Part shown: piece after piece, positions 24,505-33,738 of the stretch
Numbering within the stretch: the first letter of the stretch is position 1
How the letters are laid out: each line of letters starts with the position of its first letter
Assembly: GCA_012522615.1 (NCBI GenBank)
Contig: JAAYKB010000059.1
Coordinates: forward strand, 1 to 45,913
DNA length: 45,913 nt
Reading direction: 5' to 3'
DNA from: Clostridiales bacterium
GTDB lineage: Bacteria > Bacillota > Clostridia > Oscillospirales > Acutalibacteraceae
Notes under the pieces: model-generated
Seen by the model: only the letters and a program-made list of their open reading frames with translations
Told to the model about the DNA's origin: nothing
Database searches by the model: none
Program-made: the position numbers and the translations under genes

Positions 24505-25011
24505 TTACTCGTTCCTGTCCAAAACATAGCTGCCGCCGCGCGGCAATCCCACCGAATACATAATTGTTTCTTCCCGCTCGCGCATACGGACGGCTTCAAG
24601 CCCGCCTTCAACATGGTCATAGCCCAACAGGTGAAGAACCGAATGAACCACAAGATATCCGATTTCGCGCTGGAGAGAATGTCCGAACTGCTCGGCCTGT
24701 TCCTTTGCACGTTCAATCGACAGCACGATGTCCCCCAGTATGTAGGCTCCGGTTTCAGGATTCTTGTCAAATTCGCCGTTTGTGCCCATAGGAAATGACA
24801 ATACATCGGTTGAAGAATCGATGTTTCGGTATTCGTTGTTAAGTTGCCGAATCTGGTCGTCGTCAACAATAGAAACCCCGATTTCGGCAGCGCCTTTAAA
24901 TCCCTCAAGCTCCAGAGCGGCGTGACAACAACGCCGAATCAGCAGGCGTATGCCTGTGGGAATCCTGATAGTTTTTTGCTGGTTTTCAATTATGACCTTT
25001 ATTTTTACCAT
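24505..25011 (-). CDS. ybeY: rRNA maturation RNase YbeY
   Basis: Contains the zinc motif HSVLHLLGYDH. I prefer the start MVKIKV at 25011; the track ORF extends to 25047. Confidence 0.9.
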   Translation of the reverse strand: MVKIKVIIENQQKTIRIPTGIRLLIRRCCHAALELEGFKGAAEIGVSIVDDDQIRQLNNEYRNIDSSTDVLSFPMGTNGEFDKNPETGAYILGDIVLSIERAKEQAEQFGHSLQREIGYLVVHSVLHLLGYDHVEGGLEAVRMREREETIMYSVGLPRGGSYVLDRNE

Positions 25012-25981
25012 AGTTCCTGCTTCGTTTCCCTTCATCAAAATTTTCATAAGCCCGCACTATACGCTGTACAAGCTGATGCCGCACAACATCCTTCTGTGTG
25101 AACGTGCAGATTTGGATATCCTCCACACCCTTAAGAACCTTCATAACCTCCTTGAGACCGCTTTTGCGACCGTCAGGAAGGTCGATTTGCGTGACGTCTC
25201 CCGTTACCACCATTTTTGAATTGAAGCCCAGGCGAGTCAGAAACATCTTCATCTGCTCGCTCGTCGTGTTCTGCGCCTCATCGAGAATGATGAAGCTGTC
25301 ATCGAGGGTTCTTCCTCTCATGTATGCCAGAGGAGCGACCTCAATATTTCCGCGCTCAAGATATTTCTGGTATGATTCGGCGCCCAGCATGTCAAACAGA
25401 GCGTCGTATAACGGGCGCAAATACGGGTCAACCTTCGACTGCAGATCGCCGGGCAGGAACCCAAGCTTTTCTCCGGCTTCAACTGCTGGACGGGTCAGGA
25501 TTATCCGGTTGACCTCCTTGGCGCGGAAAGCATTCACCGCCATTGCGACAGCCAGATAGGTTTTTCCTGTTCCCGCAGGACCTACGCCGAGTACGATTGT
25601 ATTATCACGAATTGCCTCGACATAGTTTTTTTGTCCGAGCGTCTTTGGCTTTACGGGTTTGCCCTTTGAGGTAATGCATATACTGTCGGATGAAAGCTTC
25701 GGGAGCTCCTCGTCTCCTCCCTCGTCCACCAGCATCAGCACATACCGGACATTTTGTTCGTTGAGCTGTTCCCCCCGGTTTATGAGCTGGAGCAATCCCT
25801 GCACGGCTCGAAGTGATTTGGCGACCGCTTCAGGTTCGCCGCTTATTTTTATATCGGTGCCGCGGCTCACAATATCCACCCCGTAATGCTTTTCGATTAA
25901 CCGAACATTCTCGTCAAAGCTTCCAAACAGGGATACCGCCTGCTCCATTCGATCCAAGCTGAGAACCTGCTCAAACATCAA
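24986..25981 (-). CDS. phoH: PhoH-like ATPase
   Basis: Contains Walker A GPAGTGKTYLAVA and an N-terminal KH-like extension. Confidence 0.92.
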   Translation of the reverse strand: MMFEQVLSLDRMEQAVSLFGSFDENVRLIEKHYGVDIVSRGTDIKISGEPEAVAKSLRAVQGLLQLINRGEQLNEQNVRYVLMLVDEGGDEELPKLSSDSICITSKGKPVKPKTLGQKNYVEAIRDNTIVLGVGPAGTGKTYLAVAMAVNAFRAKEVNRIILTRPAVEAGEKLGFLPGDLQSKVDPYLRPLYDALFDMLGAESYQKYLERGNIEVAPLAYMRGRTLDDSFIILDEAQNTTSEQMKMFLTRLGFNSKMVVTGDVTQIDLPDGRKSGLKEVMKVLKGVEDIQICTFTQKDVVRHQLVQRIVRAYENFDEGKRSRNYGKNKGHN

Positions 25982-26131
25982 AAGACCACTCTTCCCGTAT
26001 TTTCACAATGGCTACTATTATATCTATTATACCAGAAATCCCCTGTTTGTCATTGCACATTTTAGACAAATTTTTTGCCTTATATCTAGGATATAAATAC
26101 ATCTACTGCACATTTTTTCTATATATGGTTG

Positions 26132-27304
26132 CTACTCAATGACCAACTCTTCTTCCATGCATATATCCTCGATACAGTCATAAACGCCGGACAAAACGTA
26201 TCTCCCGTTTTTCAGTTCGCCCTTCTCGTTTTCCATAATAATTTCGACCCCGGCAAGCTCCTTTTTCTTTTCTTTCAGCCTTTTTTTCGCCAGCTCCTTT
26301 GCCTGGGACTCGGTTCTGACAATATCCCTATACTCCATCAGCTCATAGCTTTTGCAGATAATACCGAGAGGCAGGCTGATTCCGTTCACATTAAGCATAT
26401 TTCGGGTGATGCTAAGCTTGTTTTGCTGCTCTATCTTCCCGTCGGTAAACATGGGGATGTTCAGTGTAAAAATATGCAGGCATGGGCGAAGTATCCTCTC
26501 ACCGGTGGCAAGCAGCTGCTTTTCCTTCAGCGGCACGCTGACCTCAAGGACTCTGACGGTTTGGGCGAGTATTCGCGCCTGAGAGCGTTTTAAAATAGGC
26601 CCGACAGAGCTTTCAATAATTCCGCTGACCAGCAGCATCCCCTGTGCAACAGCGTCTCCCTTTTGAACCATGGACTGACCTGTGTAAACCTCAATCGAAA
26701 TTATGCGTCCGTCACGGGCGGCCTTTATATTGGATGGACAGTCGGGGTTTGACAGCTCGGGTGGTGAAATACGTTCGGTAACATCAACATAGGCAATGCT
26801 GCCCTGCAGATTGACCACGCACCACGCAAGTTCGGGCAGTTTTCGGAGCGTCTGAAGCTGAAGGGTTGGAATATCGAGGTTCGAGAGGTCGGCACCCTCA
26901 CGAACGCCGAATTCCTGCATCACGCCGAGGATCTTTTCCTTGTCTACCTTTTTGCTTCCTCTCACCTCAACAATCCATATTCTTTGCGAAAAGAGCTGGA
27001 GTATTACAATAAACAAAGTCAAGCCGACAAGCAGCCCCGAGCGTGAACGGTACCTGTGGAGGGTAAACGGCACACCGTGTCTTTTTTTTACATGAAGTCT
27101 CATGCCGGCGCGGCGCGCGGGGGAACGCAGCATGCGATACTGCCTTGCGGGACAACTCGCCGTAAGCTTTATTCCGTATCTTCGGACCCCCCATAATTCA
27201 ATCCCCTCACGTGCCGCCAGATTAAGCAGTCTTTCGGGAAAACCGCCCTCGGCCTCCAGCCTTATCCATCCGAAAAGCCACCTTAACAAGTGAATCATAA
27301 ACAC
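26132..27304 (-). CDS. yqfD: Sporulation protein YqfD
   Basis: 390 aa. The N-terminus (WIRLEAEGGFPERLLNLAAREGIELWGV), a central TM helix and the position after yqfC all fit YqfD. Confidence 0.85.
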   Translation of the reverse strand: MFMIHLLRWLFGWIRLEAEGGFPERLLNLAAREGIELWGVRRYGIKLTASCPARQYRMLRSPARRAGMRLHVKKRHGVPFTLHRYRSRSGLLVGLTLFIVILQLFSQRIWIVEVRGSKKVDKEKILGVMQEFGVREGADLSNLDIPTLQLQTLRKLPELAWCVVNLQGSIAYVDVTERISPPELSNPDCPSNIKAARDGRIISIEVYTGQSMVQKGDAVAQGMLLVSGIIESSVGPILKRSQARILAQTVRVLEVSVPLKEKQLLATGERILRPCLHIFTLNIPMFTDGKIEQQNKLSITRNMLNVNGISLPLGIICKSYELMEYRDIVRTESQAKELAKKRLKEKKKELAGVEIIMENEKGELKNGRYVLSGVYDCIEDICMEEELVIE

Positions 27305-27336
27305 GGTTATTACACTCCTTAATTAGGACATTGGTT

Positions 27337-27645
27337 TTATGACAGATATTCCAAGGACAGTATATTTCCCTCAATAATCGCGCTGTCCTCGGTCAGACAG
27401 CTTATGCTCAGCATGGTTCCCTTAAAACGAATCATCCCGCTGCCGGTCTGCATTCGCACCAAATCGTCGCTGTACTCGACAATCCCGTGGCAACCGTCAA
27501 CAATGACCCGCTTGTTTCCCATCAGCTCTATACGAGCGGCGCTGCTCAGCGAGCCGACGGGAAGCTCCAATACCCGTTCGACCTTTTCCGGCAGCCCGTT
27601 TTTCTGTATTTTTCTTTTTCGCCTTTTTGTTCTGGCCGCACTCAT
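27337..27645 (-). CDS. yqfC: Sporulation protein YqfC (YabP family)
   Basis: The internal start at 27645 gives a 102-aa protein with the YabP-like core ELMGNKRVIVDGCHGIVEYSDDLVRM. The track ORF to 27795 adds an implausible hydrophobic extension. Confidence 0.75.
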   Translation of the reverse strand: MSAARTKRRKRKIQKNGLPEKVERVLELPVGSLSSAARIELMGNKRVIVDGCHGIVEYSDDLVRMQTGSGMIRFKGTMLSISCLTEDSAIIEGNILSLEYLS

Positions 27646-27842
27646 ATATATGACCCTTTCGTTACATATAATTGATAGTACCGAACAGCTAACCATGTTA
27701 TCCGCTCTTAACAAAATATGCAGCTTTGAACATAATAATGCGGCAAGACAAGCATAGTATCGCAAGGTTTTGAATAAAGAATAAGATACCGGCATTATTA
27801 TTTTATAAAGAGCAAGACTGGCATCCGGATGGGAGGGCGAAT

Positions 27843-29060
27843 ATGTTTATCAAGACAATCCGCAAATCAACCTTGGACTACTTATTGCTTTTGGCGGGAT
27901 GTGTTTTTGCCGGATGGCTGATGATAACCTGGCCTTACGCGGTATCCTCAGGAATCAGCAGGGGACTTGCCATCTGCTCCTCGATAATAATCCCCTCTCT
28001 TTTCCCCTTTCTTGTGTTGGCAGGCTTCATCGTAAAATCCGGACTCAGCTCATACATAGGCAGATGGCTTGAAAGACCGACACGGCTCATTTTCGGACTG
28101 CCCGGCTGTTGTGCACCCGGAATCCTTGTCGGGTTCATCGGGGGATACCCGGCGGGGGGTATCGCTGTGGGCGAGCTTGTGGAACAGGGTTGCATATCAA
28201 GGGCGCAGGGACGGCGTATGCTCGGCTTTTGTGTGAACGGGGGACCGGCGTTTATTATAAGCGCGGTGGGCGCGGGTATGCTGGGCAGCGTGCGGTACGG
28301 GATTATGCTTTATTGCGCCCACATCGCCGCATCGGTTTTACTGGGAATTTTATTGAGGGTGGGCTCGGCACCGGACGGCAGGGAAAATCCGCCCGGCGGG
28401 TTTTCCACCAAAGCCCCGCAAAGGCCCTCCCCGGCAGCGGCATTTGTGGATTCGGTAAGAGGGGCATGCCATTCCATGCTTCTCATGTGCGGGTTCATTA
28501 TGTTGTTCGCCGCCCTTTTGTCCCTGTCGGATGCCAGTGGCCTGGGCGACAACCTTCAGCAGCTGCTCTCCCGTATTTCCGGAGGAACGCAAACGGCGGA
28601 GTCTATTTCGAATCTGGTTTCCTGCATGATCTCGTGCATCCTCGAGGTAAGCTGCGGAAGCATTGAGGCGGCGCGGACAGGGGCGGCGGCGCCCATTTTG
28701 CTCGGAATGGCATTGGGCTGGGGAGGTCTTTCGGTACATTGTCAGGTCTGCGCCGCATTGCAGGGTAAGCGGCTGATAAGCCGAAGCTTTTTTGTCGCCC
28801 GAGCGCTTCACGCCCTTATCGGTGGATTTCTCAGCGCCCTGCTTTTTCGATTTATACCTGTAGCAGAGACGGCTTTTAAACCGTTTTCGGATGCAAAAAT
28901 ACTTCCGTATTCCTCGAACGCGGCGGCTTCGGCATCCCTGCTTTTCCTCTGCGCATTATTTTTGCTTATTACCCCTAACGTATGGGGCAAGTCAAGCCGA
29001 ACGACTTTTCTAAAAACAAGAAGAAAACCTACTAGAAAAGGGGAGGTAAATATGATATGA
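27843..29060 (+). CDS. ylbJ: Sporulation integral membrane protein YlbJ-like (nucleoside-recognition-domain membrane protein)
   Basis: 405 aa and polytopic. N-terminal region with IIPSLFPFLVL, as I recall for the YlbJ family. Confidence 0.7.
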   Translation: MFIKTIRKSTLDYLLLLAGCVFAGWLMITWPYAVSSGISRGLAICSSIIIPSLFPFLVLAGFIVKSGLSSYIGRWLERPTRLIFGLPGCCAPGILVGFIGGYPAGGIAVGELVEQGCISRAQGRRMLGFCVNGGPAFIISAVGAGMLGSVRYGIMLYCAHIAASVLLGILLRVGSAPDGRENPPGGFSTKAPQRPSPAAAFVDSVRGACHSMLLMCGFIMLFAALLSLSDASGLGDNLQQLLSRISGGTQTAESISNLVSCMISCILEVSCGSIEAARTGAAAPILLGMALGWGGLSVHCQVCAALQGKRLISRSFFVARALHALIGGFLSALLFRFIPVAETAFKPFSDAKILPYSSNAAASASLLFLCALFLLITPNVWGKSSRTTFLKTRRKPTRKGEVNMI

Positions 29061-29314
29061 TTAATTCTATCAAAAACGATGAAAGGAATTTGGAAATGCG
29101 GCGAAAGCTTTACGGAAATAGTGTGCAGGCTACTTGCGAGCACTGTCTGCACGGACGTCGTTCCTCAGACGGCAAGGCCATACTGTGCCCCAAAAAAGGC
29201 GTCATGCCGCTTTACCATCATTGCCGGAAGTTTGAGTATGACCCTCTCAAGCGGATTCCGTCCCGTCAGCCAAAGCCTCAAAAGTTCACCAAGGAAGATT
29301 TTAAAATCGATTAG
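29057..29314 (+). CDS. Small Cys4 protein, function unknown
   Basis: 85 aa. Its ATG overlaps the ylbJ stop (ATGA). Cysteines are arranged as CEHC...C...C, and the C-terminus is basic. Confidence 0.45.
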   Translation: MINSIKNDERNLEMRRKLYGNSVQATCEHCLHGRRSSDGKAILCPKKGVMPLYHHCRKFEYDPLKRIPSRQPKPQKFTKEDFKID

Positions 29315-29395
29315 ATATATAAATATCAATGAGTTTTTCTGCGAAAAAAGACGCGGAGAAGTTGTTTCTCTGCGGCAAAAGGAATGAAGCCAAAC

Positions 29396-30136
29396 ATGCG
29401 CAACCGTACAGTCTTAATAACAGGCGCTTCACGCGGTATCGGAAGGGCAACCGCCGAGCTTTTTGCGCAGCATGGCTACCGAATCGTACTCAACTACTGC
29501 AATTCGGAATCGGCCGCGATTGAGCTTGCCGGGCAATTAACCCTGAAAGGGGCACAGGTTCTGCCATTTAAAGCCGACGTCACCGACATGGAGCAGGTCG
29601 ACCGCATGGTCGAAGCCGCCCAAGGGCGTTTCGGGGGGATCGACGTGCTGGTCTGCAATGCCGGAAGGGCGCAGCAAAAGCTTTTTACACAGATAACCCT
29701 GCAGGAATGGCGGGATATGATGGCGGTCACCCTCGATGCCGCCTATTTTTGTTGCAGTGCCGTGCTGCCGGGCATGATAGCGCGAAAATCAGGAAAAATC
29801 ATTTTGGTCTCGTCGATATGGGGCATGGTAGGCGCCTCCTGCGAGGTTCACTACTCGGCTGCAAAGGCGGGGCTTATCGGTATGACAAAAGCCCTCGCAA
29901 AGGAGCTTGGTCCCTCAAACATACAGGTAAACTGCGTCGCCCCCGGCGTGATTGACACCAATATGAATTCGGCTCTTGATGAAGCGACACGGAAACAACT
30001 GGCCGAGGAAACCCCGCTTGGAAGGATGGGAAGTCCGAAGGACATAGCCGAGGCAATTTTTTTCTTGTCGTCAGAGAGTTCAGACTTTATCACCGGTCAG
30101 GTTTTAAGCCCCAACGGCGGATTTGTAGTAATATAG
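29396..30136 (+). CDS. Short-chain dehydrogenase/reductase (FabG-like)
   Basis: Contains the TGASRGIG cofactor motif and the YSAAK catalytic motif. The start may be 29384 or 29396; I prefer 29396 because of its spacing from AAAGGA. Confidence 0.85.
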   Translation: MRNRTVLITGASRGIGRATAELFAQHGYRIVLNYCNSESAAIELAGQLTLKGAQVLPFKADVTDMEQVDRMVEAAQGRFGGIDVLVCNAGRAQQKLFTQITLQEWRDMMAVTLDAAYFCCSAVLPGMIARKSGKIILVSSIWGMVGASCEVHYSAAKAGLIGMTKALAKELGPSNIQVNCVAPGVIDTNMNSALDEATRKQLAEETPLGRMGSPKDIAEAIFFLSSESSDFITGQVLSPNGGFVVI

Positions 30137-30151
30137 ACTGGAGAGGTAAAA

Positions 30152-31195
30152 ATGAGTATTGAAAAAAGTCTTTTCGGGAAGACTTCGGACGGCAGGGAGG
30201 TCGATTTATATACCCTCGCCAATTCGTCGGGCATGCAGGTCGGGATTTTGTCATACGGGGGAATTATCGCTTTCTTAAAGGTTCCGGATAAAAACGGCCG
30301 TTTGCTTGATATTACATTAGGTTTTGACAGCCTTGCCGATTATGAAAACAGCGACACATATTTCGGCGCTCTGATAGGGCGGTTTGCCAATCGTATCGGC
30401 AAAGGGCGTTTTTCGCTCGAAGGCCGCGAATATACCCTTGCATGCAACAATAACGGCAATCACCTGCACGGCGGGGATGTCGGATTCAATAGCCGGATAT
30501 GGTCGGCCGACATTAAAGGCAACAAGCTTGTTCTGTCCCTTTTCAGCCCGGACGGCGAAGAGGGCTATCCGGGTAATCTTCGGGTTTCGGTCGCCCATTC
30601 CCTTGACGAGGACGGGACGTTCAGGTGGGAATACCATGCAAAGACGGATAAAACCACGATTTGCAACCTTACCAACCACGCCTATTTCAATCTTTCGGGA
30701 CATGACAGCGGATCTGTTTATGGACAGTATGTGCAGATTAATTCCGATGAATTTGTAGAGACCGACTCGGAACTTATACCCACGGGAAGAATGCTTGCGG
30801 TTGAGGGCACCCCGATGGATTTCCGTCAGCCCCGCGCCATCGGAGAGAGGATTAATGCGGATTATGCGCCTTTGACGCTTGCAGGGGGGTATGACCACTG
30901 CTATGCGGTTCGGGGCGCAACAGGCAGCCTGCGTGATGCCGTGTCGGGATATGACAATAAAAGTGGTATCTCTTTCGAGCTGAAAACCACCATGCCCGGC
31001 GTACAGCTTTATACCGGCAATTTCCTGAACGGCGTTAAGGGCAAAAACAGCGCAATCTACCAAAAAGGCAGCGGATTCTGCCTTGAAACCGAGTATTTTC
31101 CCGACTCGGTCAACCATAAAAACTTTGAGCAGCCCGTATTTCGCGCGGGGGAAGAATTTTATCATGTCACAACAATAAAATTCGGTGTAAAATGA
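30152..31195 (+). CDS. galM: Aldose 1-epimerase (galactose mutarotase)
   Basis: 347 aa with the GNHLHGG motif and a typical mutarotase length and pattern. SD is GGAGAGG. Confidence 0.88.
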   Translation: MSIEKSLFGKTSDGREVDLYTLANSSGMQVGILSYGGIIAFLKVPDKNGRLLDITLGFDSLADYENSDTYFGALIGRFANRIGKGRFSLEGREYTLACNNNGNHLHGGDVGFNSRIWSADIKGNKLVLSLFSPDGEEGYPGNLRVSVAHSLDEDGTFRWEYHAKTDKTTICNLTNHAYFNLSGHDSGSVYGQYVQINSDEFVETDSELIPTGRMLAVEGTPMDFRQPRAIGERINADYAPLTLAGGYDHCYAVRGATGSLRDAVSGYDNKSGISFELKTTMPGVQLYTGNFLNGVKGKNSAIYQKGSGFCLETEYFPDSVNHKNFEQPVFRAGEEFYHVTTIKFGVK

Positions 31196-31207
31196 GATAT
31201 ATTTTTT

Positions 31208-31244
31208 AAATCCTGCACAGGCTAGCTCCTGCGCAGGATTTTTT
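31208..31244 (+). terminator. Rho-independent terminator after galM
   Basis: AAATCCTGCaCAGG / CCTGcGCAGGATTT stem followed by TTTT. Confidence 0.8.
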
Positions 31245-31249
31245 ACTGC

Positions 31250-31283
31250 AAAAAGCCCGGGATGTACTGTACATCCCGGGCTT
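31250..31283 (-). terminator. Rho-independent terminator after tRNA-Gly
   Basis: On the - strand: AAAGCCCGGGATGTAC / GTACATCCCGGGCTTT palindrome followed by TTTT. Confidence 0.8.
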
Positions 31284-31359
31284 TGGAGCGGCTTACGAGG
31301 CTCGAACTCGCTACCTCAACCTTGGCAAGGTTGCGCTCTACCAGATGAGCTAAAGCCGC
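31284..31359 (-). tRNA. tRNA-Gly (anticodon GCC)
   Basis: The reverse complement folds as a 76-nt cloverleaf. The acceptor is GCGGCTT/AAGCCGC, the D arm GCTC-ATCTGGTA-GAGC, the anticodon arm CAACC-TTGCCAA-GGTTG, and the T arm GCGAG-TTCGAGC-CTCGT. The discriminator is T and CCA is encoded. Confidence 0.92.
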
Positions 31360-31385
31360 AGATTATTCATTTAAGAACGCGAGAT

Positions 31386-31414
31386 ATTGTAGCATGAAGC
31401 ATGCCGATTGTCAA
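31386..31414 (-). promoter_or_regulatory. Consensus sigma-A promoter of tRNA-Gly
   Basis: The - strand reads TTGACA, a 17-nt spacer, then TACAAT, about 25 nt upstream of the mature tRNA 5' end. Confidence 0.75.
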
Positions 31415-31624
31415 GGCCGGTTTTACGGAAATCCGGCCGGGTTTTTAAAATTGCGAAATTTATTGTACTCTATCTACAGTGCATGATAAAATCTTGATCA
31501 ATGATTGATTCCATTTTAGGAAATATAAAAAACAGGAGCCTATCTGAAAATTCGCCCCTGCTCTCTTTTTTTACCATTCCATATAGATATACTCGGTATG
31601 GTAGATGGACATATAACTACCCTT

Positions 31625-32533
31625 TTAAATCATGAGCACAATACCAAAGAGTGTAAAAGCCATACCAATCATCTCATAGAACGTTGGTTTTTCTTTATAT
31701 ATTGCCCATGATATCAAGGCCGTTAATAAAACAACTGTTGCGCTGATGATGGGAAACTGCACAGAGGAATCCATTGTTTTAGCCGTGATTAGCGAGAAGA
31801 AATTTGCAACGCCATTACATAAGGTATACCCACCGACGATTAAAAACAAGGGCAGTTTGTTTAACATCCGTGCAGGCGTGATATTATGCAGGTGTTTTAC
31901 AGGTTGTTTTTTTATATTTATGATGACTAGTAAAACCAATCCAATAACAAGCCGCAGCAGTGCGGCTATAATAAGAAAATCTTGCTCCGGTACAGTTTCT
32001 TTTCCTACAGAATGGGCTTTTGTAATTACGCTGATCATACCGTTGCAAACAAAAACCGTTATATACAGCAATAGGCATCGGATTTTATTAGAATCATCTT
32101 GTCTTTCTCTCGGTTCTCTTGATAATGCACTACAAAAAAATGAGAGCATTATCATAAGGATTCCAATCCCTTGTTGTATATTTAGAGATTCCCATAATAT
32201 AACAACTCCGTAAAGTACGGGTAGTATAAGCCCGCCCGTAAGCATAAACAAGCTTACATTGACCACTTTTCCATACCGCATTGCAAACAAGGAAGCAACA
32301 ATGCAGATGATTGCGAATGCCGAATAGCCTGTAGCAAGTAAAACAGAGAGAGGCGTCAAACGCAAAGAAAAGCCGTTGGCTACCAAAAAGATTACTGACA
32401 GCCATATGCTATCAAACACCGTCATACGGAGTGAAGATTTTAAGCTGTTGTCCGTTCTCAATTGATACCATTTTGAAAAGATAAATTGCATGGAAAATAG
32501 CAGACAGGATATACCTAATGGAGTGTAATTCAT
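31625..32533 (-). CDS. EamA/DMT family transporter
   Basis: 302 aa with about 10 TM helices arranged as two EamA-like halves. Its ATG overlaps the stop of the upstream LacI gene (ATGA). Confidence 0.7.
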   Translation of the reverse strand: MNYTPLGISCLLFSMQFIFSKWYQLRTDNSLKSSLRMTVFDSIWLSVIFLVANGFSLRLTPLSVLLATGYSAFAIICIVASLFAMRYGKVVNVSLFMLTGGLILPVLYGVVILWESLNIQQGIGILMIMLSFFCSALSREPRERQDDSNKIRCLLLYITVFVCNGMISVITKAHSVGKETVPEQDFLIIAALLRLVIGLVLLVIINIKKQPVKHLHNITPARMLNKLPLFLIVGGYTLCNGVANFFSLITAKTMDSSVQFPIISATVVLLTALISWAIYKEKPTFYEMIGMAFTLFGIVLMI

Positions 32534-33582
32534 AGATAAGTCTCCGAGTCGGATTGTATAGCTGGCTGATATAAATGGGATGGTACATATAAACGGCGAT
32601 TATCAGGCAACATGCCTTTGGTTAAATACGCATAAGCCGCATCTATACAGCATGAACCTTGTCTATAAGTATCCTGTTCTATATAAGCTGCAATCATACC
32701 GTTTTTGATATAGGCATTGTTTTGCTTCGGATTTTCATACCCGAACACGGCTATTCTTTCTGATAGCTTTAATTTATTTAAAGCCAGACACACCTGTGGA
32801 AGATGTCCCTGCGAAACATAAACCGACTGAAACAAACCGTTATATTGTTCGTGAAGGATTCTGGCAAGCTGGGCGGAGAATACGGAAACTGGGAGTTGAT
32901 CTGTTTGAACATCACCTACCCATTTGACATGAGGTACCAAAGACGCTGTTTCCTTGTAAAATCCGTCATCTCTTTGCTTTACCATAGGTAAGCTTACATG
33001 GTTTATGTGTAGTATATTAGCATGCTTTTGTAAAATTTGAGCGCTCGCCCGCGCAAGGAGAACACCGTCCTGATAAAAATTTGCTCCTACATAAAATATG
33101 AAAGGAATTTCAGCGGTTTCGCTTAAGCAAACTATCGGCGTTGTTAAGGCGATTTCATCAAGTTTTCTATGTATTATCGAGCTCGCGGGAGGAGTCACAA
33201 TCAGTAAATCTACGTGCAAATCCTGCATGTATTCCAGACAATATAACGTATCCTGTTCACTCAACAGATTTGAAAATAAGCTGAAAACAACTTGGATATC
33301 GGGATATTGAAGTGCTCCGTTCTTAATACCTTCAATCATGTCTCCCCAAAAATATTGCGGATTAGCTGGTATGACCACCCCGATTGTCCAATCCGTCTTT
33401 TTAATACCCATACGTATTTTCTGGATCGGCGTATACTGAAGCTCTCGAGCTGTTTTAAGTATGGCTTCCTTCGTTTGAGGGTCAACTCCACCGCAGTTGT
33501 TCAGTGCTTTAGAAACAGTAGATTTTGATACGTTCGTTTGCCGAGAGATTATTTCAGCAATCTTATTATCGATATGGCTCAC
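32530..33582 (-). CDS. LacI family transcriptional regulator
   Basis: N-terminal HTH (IAEIISRQTNVSKSTVSKALNN) plus a periplasmic-binding-protein-like sugar-binding domain. The GTG start directly abuts an AGGGG run, so the exact start is uncertain. Confidence 0.85.
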   Translation of the reverse strand: MSHIDNKIAEIISRQTNVSKSTVSKALNNCGGVDPQTKEAILKTARELQYTPIQKIRMGIKKTDWTIGVVIPANPQYFWGDMIEGIKNGALQYPDIQVVFSLFSNLLSEQDTLYCLEYMQDLHVDLLIVTPPASSIIHRKLDEIALTTPIVCLSETAEIPFIFYVGANFYQDGVLLARASAQILQKHANILHINHVSLPMVKQRDDGFYKETASLVPHVKWVGDVQTDQLPVSVFSAQLARILHEQYNGLFQSVYVSQGHLPQVCLALNKLKLSERIAVFGYENPKQNNAYIKNGMIAAYIEQDTYRQGSCCIDAAYAYLTKGMLPDNRRLYVPSHLYQPAIQSDSETYL

Positions 33583-33738
33583 CCCCTAAACCAATGATGA
33601 CATTTTATTGGATTTCTTGCAATGTACAAATCGTATAATATAAAAACATGAATCTTGGTTACTTCGAACATTAAAAGAAATCGAGTAGCATGATAAGATT
33701 AAGTAAACCAATTACATAAAACAAAAGGATGATGCACA

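Noticed and set aside
28109-28811. 185-aa and 153-aa alternative-frame ORFs within ylbJ
   Set aside because: They are Arg/Gly/Pro-rich translations typical of out-of-frame reading of GC-rich membrane-protein genes. The ylbJ frame explains the region.
31415-31446. GGCCGG...CCGGCC hairpin followed by GGGTTTTT on the + strand, next to the tRNA-Gly promoter
   Set aside because: It looks like an intrinsic terminator, but no + strand gene lies upstream of it and I cannot assign a function. It may only insulate the tRNA promoter from antisense transcription.
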